NCBI GenBank assembly: GCA_046563655.1
Contig: CM102286.1
Location: 8,122,001-8,186,000 of the forward strand
Direction: 5' to 3'
DNA length: 64,000 nt
Origin: Yuukianura sp. NJ FZ-2021
Lineage: Eukaryota
Both the position numbers and the translations under genes were made by a program. The notes beneath the pieces were generated by a model. It did no database searches and was not told where the DNA came from. It saw nothing but the letters and a program-made list of their open reading frames with translations. Of the stretch, positions 10,224 through 20,411 are shown one piece after another; within the stretch, counting starts at the first letter, position 1; each line of letters opens with the position of its first letter.

Positions 10224-11396
10224 AACAGTCCGGGCGACTTGTCTGAGTTTGAGCAGGAAATGACACTACTATGGCTTGAGGGCGGGCCCAAGGTGTTTCA
10301 AGTTTTGTCGACCAATCAAATGTCTCCATTTTCCGAGGCCACGCCCCCGATTGAAGTGGTAAACGTTCGTTGGCTAGAGCTAGCCACGCCCCCGAGTGTT
10401 GCGGCAAGTCTCGACCAATCAAATGTCTCCATTTCCTCGAGCCACACCCACTCTTGAAATGCTCAACGTTGATTGGCTCAACAGTCGGGCGGCTAGCCAC
10501 GCCCCCGAGCGTGGTGACAATTCCATTTGACCTTTGACCTTGATGTTTTTAGCAAACACAAGTGAAAATTCAAATGGAATTGTACGTGCATATGCACGGG
10601 CAAATTGGCCGGAAGTGGTTTGCGGTTTCTTTGGGCAGGCTAACCGGAAGTGGTTTGCGGTTTGTTTTGACAGTGGCCGAGTGGCACCCTACTTATCCTC
10701 TGACCAGCCGAAAATACTGCCCATGCACCACACTTCATCCTCTTGGTCCCGGGATCCCAGAAAAGGGCTCTCGGGACTTGACAATTTCAAAATGCTCGCT
10801 TGACTTTGAAAAAAAAAAGAGTTACATGACCTTGACAATTTACATGAAATTGCAAATGGGCGCGCATGACCTGACACAAATTCATATGCCAATGCAAAGG
10901 GCGCGCATGACCTTGAAAAATTGGCGTGACCTTGAAAGAATTGGAGTGACCTTGACATTTCAGGTTGGGGTAATCTGGGGAAATTTAATTTAACTTTTAG
11001 CCGCCATTTCAATTTCCGAGTTTCAAAACATTTTCCAATTTTCAAATTTCAGAAAAAAATTTTTTTTCAAAAAACGATTTTTTTCAAAAATTGTTTTTTT
11101 TAAATAATTGTTCTTTTTTAAATATTTTTTTTTAAATAAATAAATTTCAATTGTGGTTTGGGGGCGGGGCCACGTGACTTAGGGGTCACGTGGGGGGAGG
11201 ATATAGGGGGAGGGATATATAGTGGGGGGTGCGGAAGTGGGGGGGGGGGTGATGACGTCATCATCATAACGTTTTGTGCGCATGTACAAAACGTTTTTGC
11301 GCATGAGCAAAAAACGTCTTATGCAGATGCAATTGCTGATAAGGACGGCGGCCATTTTGAAAAAATAAGTGCCATTCACTTGCCACTAAGTTTAGC
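10224..11396 (-). repeat. Right terminal inverted repeat
   Basis: Reverse complement of 1219-2399 with scattered substitutions and indels. Confidence 0.95.
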
Positions 11397-11812
11397 TTAC
11401 ACTAATTTTGAAGCCTATACTTAAATTGATTTGGGGAAGTCAAAGTACTGATACATTTTTTTGATTTCTTCCAGAGAGTAACGCTCAAAAAATCTTTTAA
11501 ATAAGGACAATTACTCGTGGAAATAATTGGAGAATGAACGTGCTCCCCTTCTAATCTTTTCAACCAGGATACTTCTTAATCAGAATATTCTTGCTCGGGT
11601 TTTGCCACAGAAGCGTTCAACCGTCCGCGTCCTGTTCACAATTTAGACTTTTCGTCCGACGACTTGCTAAGATCAAATCATCCAACGTAACATTTGACCT
11701 CCACCCATGGTGGCATTGCCATGCGGGGATGACTTGTTTTCCCTTTCCGGTCGATGACGAAAAGTAAAGAAAGTTCAACTCCAAAACCATACAATATGGT
11801 TACGTTGTACAC

Positions 11813-12440
11813 TAGGTTCCATGCAATTAGTTCAAATGAATTGGTTCAAAAACAGTTGGTTTTAATTGAAAATGTAGTTCAAAAGACCAATTGGTTCAAG
11901 AGGCAAATTGGTTCAAAAGTTATTAGTTCACGAGATCGATATTGGTCCAAGAACTAAACTAAAAAACCTAAAAAAATGTAGAAGAAACCTAACATAACCT
12001 ACGAGTAATCACTATTGGGAATTTAATAACATCATTTTTTAAATCACACAGAAAAGGTTGCTAATTTGAATTTACCGCTTATTTTATTGCGGTCGCGACT
12101 AGGTGGAGGTATTGCTTCGGATGTGGTGGGGTAAAGTCTGCCCACCCTATAAGTTTACTTCGACCTATTTTTAATTTGATTAGTGTGGCCCACCACCTTG
12201 AACCAATTGGTCCCTTGAACCAATAAGTTTTGAAAAAATTTGCCTCTTGAACTAACCTGTCTATAGAACTAATTGGTCTCTTGAACTAATAAGTTTTAAA
12301 CCAATTTGCCTCTTGAATCAAATTGTCTCTTGAACCATTTGGTTTTGAACCAATTTGCCTCTTGAACCAATTGGATTTGGCTTTTTCATTTTAACAAATC
12401 GTTTTTGGACGAAATCATTTCAACCAATGGCGTGCTCCCG
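11813..12440. mobile_element. Fold-back MITE with arrays of short subterminal repeats
   Basis: AATTGGTTCAA-type ~17-bp repeats at 11825-11955 are mirrored by TTGAACCAATT repeats at 12200-12375; degenerate terminal inverted match. Exact ends and TSD are uncertain. Confidence 0.65.
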
Positions 12441-13072
12441 TACACAAGAACAACTTTCTTCGGAAAACGATTGGAAATGGCTTGAAACGTCGTAAAGAGT
12501 TCCACGTATCAATATGTGAGAATGAGGTTTAAGTGGGTGGTAGCATGTCCTTACATCAGTTCAATTACGTAAGTCATACTCAATGTTCCGAAAAAAGCGC
12601 TATTTGAAAGTCGATGCTTTGTTTTCTGCTGTTTCCGCTTTTTTTGCTGTTTTCGCTTTTTATGCTTTAAAAGCAAAAACTTGCTGTAAATGCCGCTGGA
12701 AAGAAATTCGGCCGAAATCGACTAACTTCGACTTACGGTATTATGGGTCAAAATAAACCGCATACTTGTTCAGTAACGTAAGCAAAGTTAGTTTTAACCG
12801 TTTTACCGTAGTAAAGGTAGAATTTGTACTGTTAATTGATCATTTAAAAACAGCAAGTGCAAAAATCGATGCTTGCTTCTTTTGCTTTTGAAGCAAAACA
12901 AGGTAGGGCGATGCTCAATGGTTGAGCATTGATCTTCTGGAGGAGTGGACAATACATACGACTATTAGACCGCCTGTCCCCTAAATTGCTGAAGAGAAAA
13001 TTTGAGAAACTGTTTACACGAGATTTGTGCAACGGAACGTCGCTCATAATACTCAGTGCGGATACGGGGCTG

Positions 13073-13398
13073 TGCTGAAAGGTCAATCTTGACCTCACTT
13101 CCAAGAGCAACTTTTAGCTTGTACTTTGACAGCGTGAGTCACAATGACTCACATGCTCATGGACTTTTATGAAAAAGTCCATTGTTTCATTTTCCAAAAC
13201 TCAGAAACCAACTTCTAAAACAAAACTGTACTTTGGCTCTTCTTGACTATTTTTACTTAGCATTTTTGTTCTTCTTCTGTAAGAAAATACATTTTATGAA
13301 ATCAGTTCCGTTTTGCATTTCAATAAAATAGCATCTCAATAACCTCTGACCAACAAGCGATCCAAGTCTTTATATTAGCAAAAGACCACTTTACAACA
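13073..13398 (+). repeat. 5' LTR
   Basis: TGCTGAAAGG...CTTTACAACA; about 6 differences from the 3' LTR by eye; contains AATAAA. Confidence 0.96.
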
Positions 13399-13399
13399 G

Positions 13400-13413
13400 T
13401 GGCAGCAGAGGAT
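13400..13413 (+). promoter_or_regulatory. Primer binding site, initiator tRNA-Met type
   Basis: TGGCAGCAGAGGAT immediately after the 5' LTR, one mismatch from TGGTAGCAGAGGA (complement of the animal tRNAiMet 3' end). Confidence 0.75.
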
Positions 13414-16155
13414 CGGTATTTTCTTGTTGTGTCAAGTTTTCAAATTTTCTAAAAAGCAATTAAATTTTAAAGTCAGTCAGCTAAAGCTTGTTAAAAGCAA
13501 AAGTAAGCAAAGAAAAGCCAAAACTACAGCAAAAGAGCAAAAACTTAGCAGCAGCAGCATTCTGAACTTTCCAAATTGAAAAATTGAACATTTGCAGTTA
13601 AAGTGAGTTAAAAATCTTGAAATTTTGAACTCTTTGAACAATATCAGCAGCATTTTGTGTATCAGTGTTGAAAACTAACCTCAGTTTCAGTGAACATTTC
13701 AGCATCAGCAGCAACTTCAGCAGCATCAGCCAATTGCAGCAGCATCAGTCAATTTTTTAGAAGCATCAGCCAATTTTTTAGAAGCATCAGCATACTCAGC
13801 ATCATCAGCAAGTTCAGCAGCATCGCCAAATTTTAGCAGCATCATTAGCAAATTCAGTAGCATCAGCAAGTTCATCAGCAGTATCTTCCGTGACCTCCTT
13901 GGCAGCAGCATCCCTTGGACGGTCTCTTCAGCAACATTCAGCGCCAATCCGCAGCAATTTTTTCGCAGCACTCATCAGCAGTAACTTTAGAGGTACTGAA
14001 TCTTAAAACAATAATTAGCAGCAAACATTCAGCAATTTCAGCAATAACGGTTAGCAGCAGCCTAAGTACTTATTAGCTCAGCAGTAAAATTCTCAGCAGC
14101 AAGTTTTCAGCAGCAAATTTGTTCAGCGCTCAAATTCTAAACAGTTAAATCCTCGTCACAAAACTTCAGCAGCAGAAGCTTTCTACAGCAACTTGTGCAA
14201 CAGCAATTTCCTCAACAGCAATTTCCTCAGCAGCAAAATTTAGCCGGAAAAACAGCATCAGCTAACTCAGTTGTAGCGAAAACCCATCATCCAGCATAAC
14301 TCCAGCCAGCATCACTTCATCAGCAGCAAAATTTGGATTTTTTTGTCAACAATTTGGTAACTAAATGCAGTTTCAGTTCACTCACTCTCTTTTGAACTTT
14401 GACTATCTTTTCTCAAGTCAGTCAGTCACAAATCAAAATTAACGTTTTTTTTTAAAGCAAAAGTTAATTGTCCCAAATTAAAATAACGATTCTGAACAAC
14501 GATAAAATTTAAATTGCCTAATTTTTTTTTCGAAATAGTCGAAAATTTTTTCTAAAAACAGAACCTCTATAAAAACTAAAGCATTTTTTAAAAAAAAAAC
14601 ACAAAACAAAATCAGCAAAGGCAATAAAGTTATTCTCTGTCATTTTTTTCCCTTTCAAAACAGAAAGCAAACTAAAGTTATTAGCGTATAAAATAATTTC
14701 AGCGAAAAATTTACTTTCATTTTTTTTAAAAGAAATATTAAATTAAATCGAAGCAACTGAACAATTAAAGTTTTATTTTAAATTCTTAATTTTGTTTGCT
14801 TGGAACACTAGTATTCCATTTTAAATAGAGTCTGTTTATTTCATTATTTCTGCTTCGCTTAGCTTCCAACTCTACGCATAGAGTAAATTTTTAGCAAAGA
14901 AGAATTCAAGCAGTGTAACGCCCTCCTCGAATTAAAAATTTGTCACTTGGTCACATTTGTCACACTTCTTGTTCACTTCCACTTTTGAATGACTCAACTT
15001 TGTCACATTACACATAGACACTGCTGCCATTTTCTTTGTAACGGCACACTCTGGAACTATGGAGTGAGTTGGTGCCGAAACGAGTTGCATGATTCGCAGG
15101 GCCGAAATCAGCGCCTCTGCCGAATTTGCATCTTCACTTCCACTGGAAGCCGCAGCAGCGACTCCCTCTGTCAATTTCTGAACTACATCCTGCATGCTCT
15201 CCACTACTTTATGCAATACCACATGCACAGTTTTTACTACATCTTCCTGTGTGTAAGTTGCCATGGCCCAATCACCCGCAGGAGACGGCACTGTATCACT
15301 AAACACGGACACTGAGGCGAATTACACAATGAATGAAATGATCCTCCGCAGCAGGAACTAGATCTGTCTTCTGTACCGAAATGGTACTAATAAATCACTT
15401 CTTTATCTCGGGACTTCACAGATTCACTGATTTTTGGTCATTCGTGACCTTTGACATGAGCGGAAGCCACTGCCAGTGACTCCCATATGAATGAAAAGAC
15501 GAAAGCCGCTGTTAGCGACTCTCATTAGGTGATTTGATGCACAATACACTTTTATAGGCACAACTTTATGCAAATTTCACTCACTTTGCCTGTTCTGACC
15601 TTCTGGTGACCTCCAGGTCACTGGATCTGCACGCAAACGGTCGCCATGTGTAACGCCCTCCTGGCGTAAAACAACTGAAAATAAACCCACCAGACTACTC
15701 CTCTGAGTCTGCAGACTCCAGATCCCAATGACCACTGAAATCACCACAACTGGAAAACCACCATCGATGGATAAATAAATATATGTATATATTTATTGAA
15801 TCGATGGAACTGAAAAATATACAACTGATGAAACTAAAACATAACTTGATCTCCCTCCGATCTCTACCAAACACGAAAACCAACTGAACTCTATATACAA
15901 TGCTCATCTCTCTCTCTCTACCACACCGCATCTCAAATCTCCCGCGGCTCATCTCGCCGCATCCTAACCTAACTAATCGGCGGAGTAGCAGACGCCAACA
16001 GCAGAAGTCGGCATCAGAATCCACGCTCCACATCTCAGCTTGTAAAAATTAACTGTGGAAGGAACCAGAATCGGTCCCAACTTGGATACGGATTGGAACC
16101 GGCAGTTAATTGATCAATTTAATTGCGTTTGAGCAACTTCAAATTCTAATTCATC

Positions 16156-19100
16156 ATGGCTGACGACGCCACAATCCCTGAAGAATCAGCAGGTTCAGCA
16201 AAACTTTTTCGCACTAACCATATCAGCAAACTCGGCAAAAGCAATTGGAAACAATGGAGCCCCCACGTTACCGTAGTTCTTCGACATGCGAAAGTATTGG
16301 ACGTTGTAACCGGCACAACTCCAAAACCAGCACCCAACGCCTCAACTTACCAATCTTGGTTTGACAAAGACGCTGAAGCTCAAGCAATAATTGTGCCTCT
16401 GCTAGATGACGACAACACAAACCAAATTTACGATTTAACAACGTCAAAAGAAACTTACGACAAATTGAAAGCAATTCATGCCGACAACAGCACACTCAAC
16501 AAAGTTCACACGCTCAGCTCATTTCTCGGCTACAAATTTCCAGAAAACAAAACGTTGGTTGAAGTCCATTCCGAAGTCGCCGGAATCATTCGCAGTCTAA
16601 GCGACATGAACATTAAAATCGATGAACTTACTACTTACTACTGTCACAAAAATTGTTGATTCACTTCCAGACGAATTTATTCCATTCAAAAAATCATGGG
16701 ATTCAGTTCCAATCGAGCAGCAAACGATGGAACTACTGCACACTCGCTTCAGAAAAAAAGATTTGGAGAAGAAGATGAAATCCAAATCATTCCAGCAAGC
16801 ATCCAGAGCATTTCGCAGCCAAGCGACAGCACAATCTTCAGCCTCCACTTGCACTGCATTTCAAACCCAAGCAACAAGCAACTCAGCCGCAGCTCATTCT
16901 AATTCCAATTACATTCAGCAGCTCAAGCGTCGCACCTTTTGCGGAAAATGCCACAAGTAAGGTCACCGGGCCAAAGAATGCAGAAGTGGCGCCCCACATC
17001 AGCAGAACAGCAATCGCCAGCGATCAGACAATGGCTACCGCCACTCCAACAGCAATTCCAATTGGCAACAAAACAATGGCGGCTCAACTCTACCGTATGG
17101 CAACAATCGACACGGATACAACGGAGGATCAGCCCCACCCCGCGGTGGCTACTATCGAGGTCAATCTCGAGGAAATCAAATGCGGTACAAGTCCCACAAT
17201 CGCCCCACTCGTCATGGCTACTCAGCACAGTTTGAAAATCAAGGCAACTCCTACGAGGCGGACTTTCAGCAGCCAATGGAAAATCAGCAGCATTACCACA
17301 ACGCAGCACCTCAGCAGTACACTTCCGCATCACGCAGCGCCTTCATGGCTGGACAAAACTCAACTAGCAACCGCACTGAATTTTACAGCGACTCTGGAGC
17401 CTCACAGCACTTTTGCGGTAACATCTCACTCTTCAGCGATTACCGAGAATTCAGCACACCTTAACCAATCCATCTCACCGATAATCACGCTGCTTACGCA
17501 CTGGGTCATGGATTAATTCCAATTCGAGTCAAAATTGGAAATGAATGGAGATACTGCACCCTTCAGAACGTTTGGTACATTCCGTCAACTCAGTCAACCT
17601 ATTTTCCGAAATTGTGATGGTCAAACAAGGTTATTCAATTCAGCGTGACATCAAACCGAACTCTCTACATTGATCCAGAAGGAAAACTTGGACCCTCAGC
17701 TACTCTTCGGAACAACATCTACATCATGGACTTTGAATTTGCCTCACCCGAAGACACTCAATCAGCATTCAGCAGCATCTCAGCAACAGCACAATTATGG
17801 CATGAGCGCCTAGCCCACGTTTGCTCACAGTACATCGCCAGCAGCACTGAAAAAGGGCAGTAATTGGAATACCAAAGCTACCTTACAAGCTACCTCATCC
17901 ATGTGAAGTCTGTCCACTCGGAAAAATTTCAATGTCGCCTTACAAATCAATTTCTCAGCCAACCGCATTCCTTCGTGGAGAAATGGCCAGCGTGGATCTA
18001 TGCGGGAAAATGCCAGTCAAAAGCTTATCAGGATCCCAGTATTTTCTCAACATCAAGGACCACGCCACTTCCTTTCGGGTCATTTACTTTCTTACCGCAA
18101 AATCAGAAGCTTGTGGATTTCTCCAGGAGTACATCGCCGTGATTGAAACTCAAACCGGAAATAAAGTAAAAGCAATTCGAAGAGACAACGGTACCGAGTT
18201 CGTCAATTCATCTTTTCTTCAATTTTGCAAAGAAAAGGGAATCATTCTGGAACTTTCCTCGCCTTACTGTCCACAGTCCAATGGAAAACTTGAACGTGAT
18301 CATCGCACCATCAAGGACACCGCAAGAACTCTAATGCAACGCTACAACACTCCAGAATTCTTATGGGAAGAAGCAGTCCGCACAGCAGTTTTCATTCGTA
18401 ATCGAATTCTACACAGATCAGGAGGCGACACGACTCCATTCCAGAAAATATTCCAGCGCAAACCGAACCCAGCTCATCTCAAGTTTTTGGATGCAAAGCC
18501 ATTGTTCATGTTCCAGACGCCAAGCGGACAACTTGGGACGCAAAGGGAATTCCAGCAATCTTTGTTGGCTATGACGGCAGTTCTCACAATTACCACTTCT
18601 ATGATTCAAGCATCATTCGCTCTCACAACGCCGTTTTCTTTGAAACTTCCGGCTTCACCGCTCCCAGCTTGCCAAGGCAATACATTCCAGCAGAGAAATC
18701 ACAGACGAATGACACAGTAGAAGTTCTGATTCCAGCACACAAGCCAACTCCACGTCTCGTTCCAGCAAGTGCTTACGGCACTGGTCAACCACTCGTCGGC
18801 ACACTAGACGCATCCACAGTTGCTCCTCATCCGTCAGCTCCAAAATACGCACTCCGTGATCGCTCCAAGCTCCAGCAGCCACAACGTTATGAATCATCAT
18901 TTACTACTATTGCTGATGACCCAACAAGCTATAAGCAAGCAGTCTCTTCCAGCGACTCCAGCCACTGGCAAGCAGCAATGGAAGAAGAAATGGAGAGTCA
19001 CTCCAAAAATGGAACTTGGATTTTGGTCCCACGCCCTTTTCATCGCAATATTCTGAAAAACCGCTGGGTCTACAAACGGAAACTCAACGCTGATGGATCC

Positions 19101-20411
19101 GTAGCTCGCTACAAAGCCCGCCTCGTTGCCAAAGGCTATTTACAACAGCAAGGAATTGATTACGAAGAAATTTTCTCCAGTGTCTGCCGTTACAAAAGCA
19201 TTCGTATTTTACTCACCATCGCTCTCTCAAGGACACTGCACGTCATCCAGCTCCAGATATCAAAACCGCATTTCTTCATGGAATCCTGGAAGAAGAAATC
19301 TACATGGAACAACCGGAAGGCTTTACAGTTGATTCAAACTCAGTCTGCAAATTAATTAAAAGTCTTTATGGACTGAAGCAGTCACTCAGATGCTGGAGTA
19401 CCAAATTCAACACATTTCTAAAATCCTTTGATTTCATAGCAACTCAGAATGACCCTGCATCTTCGTCGCCACGCGCTCCAATCAAATTGCTTACATCAGT
19501 CTCTACGTTGACGACATGTTGGTGATCTCCACCTCTGAACAATGTCTCAATAAAATAGTAAGCGCCTTTCGAGAGCCTTTGAACTCACTTCCCAGCCGGC
19601 TTCAACATTTCTTGGATTTCAAATTGACTGGACAATAGGTCAAGACTGCCTCATCCACCAATCAGCGTCAATTGACCAGTTACTTGATCGTTTTCCAATG
19701 CAAAATGCCAAACCAGCATCAGTCCCCATGCAGCCCAGCGTCCTATTAGCTCCAGCTCCAGCAGTCGACATCTCACTTCCATACCGCGAGCTCGTTGGTA
19801 GCCTACTATTTATTAGTAGAGTCAGCCGTCCTGACATAACGTTCACAATTGGAAAGCTCTCCAGGTACATGCACGCCTACGACTCCTCCCACTGGGAAGC
19901 CGCAAAAGGAGTTTTACATTACCTCAAAGGAACTTCAAACATTGGAATCCGAATTCAAGCAAACAATAACATGGAACTACACGGCTACTGCTTCTCCGAC
20001 TTTGCCTCTGACGCCGATGCTCGCAAATCAATCACTGGATACGTTTTCTTTCTTGGAGAAACTCCAGTCACTTGGGCCAGCCAGAAACAGCCAATCGTCG
20101 CCACCAGCTCAACAGAAGCCGAATACATCGCCCTGGCAGAAGCATCTTGTGAATGTTTATGGCTCAGATCATTCCTCAAGGACCTTGGACATCAGCAAGC
20201 CTCAGCAACTACAATATTTGTCGACAACAAATGCGCCATTCATCTTGCTGAAAACCCACAATCTCATCGTCGCTCCAAACACATTGACGTCCGCTATCAC
20301 TTCACTCGTGACCTCGTCGAACAGAAGGTCATCAAGGTTCAGCACGTCTCAACTGACAATCAGACAGCCGATGTTTTGACGAAGCCACTTCATGCAACCA
20401 AGCACTCGGAC
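16156..20411 (+). pseudogene. gag-pol: Copia gag-pol polyprotein (gag, zinc knuckle, protease, integrase, RT, RNase H) with multiple frameshifts and stops
   Basis: KLGKSNWKQW...LDVVTGT...WFDKDAEA (gag); CGKCHK*GHRAKEC; FYSDSGASQHF; LWHERLAH; IRRDNGTEF...PQSNGKLER; RWVYKRK...RYKARLVAKGY; KSLYGLKQ; YVDD near 19504; PYRELVGSL; STEAEYIAL; SKHIDVRYHF; ADVLTKPL. Confidence 0.95.

Larger units (their letters stand above)
1219..11396 (-). mobile_element. Polinton/Maverick-related element encoding only capsid-module genes (non-autonomous or genome segment)
   Basis: ~1.17 kb inverted repeats with ends GCTATACTTAGTGGCAAG...CTTGCCACTAAGTTTAGC, flanked by direct repeat TTACACTA (1211-1218, 11397-11404). 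Contains PX-like and PY-like capsid ORFs. Confidence 0.9.
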
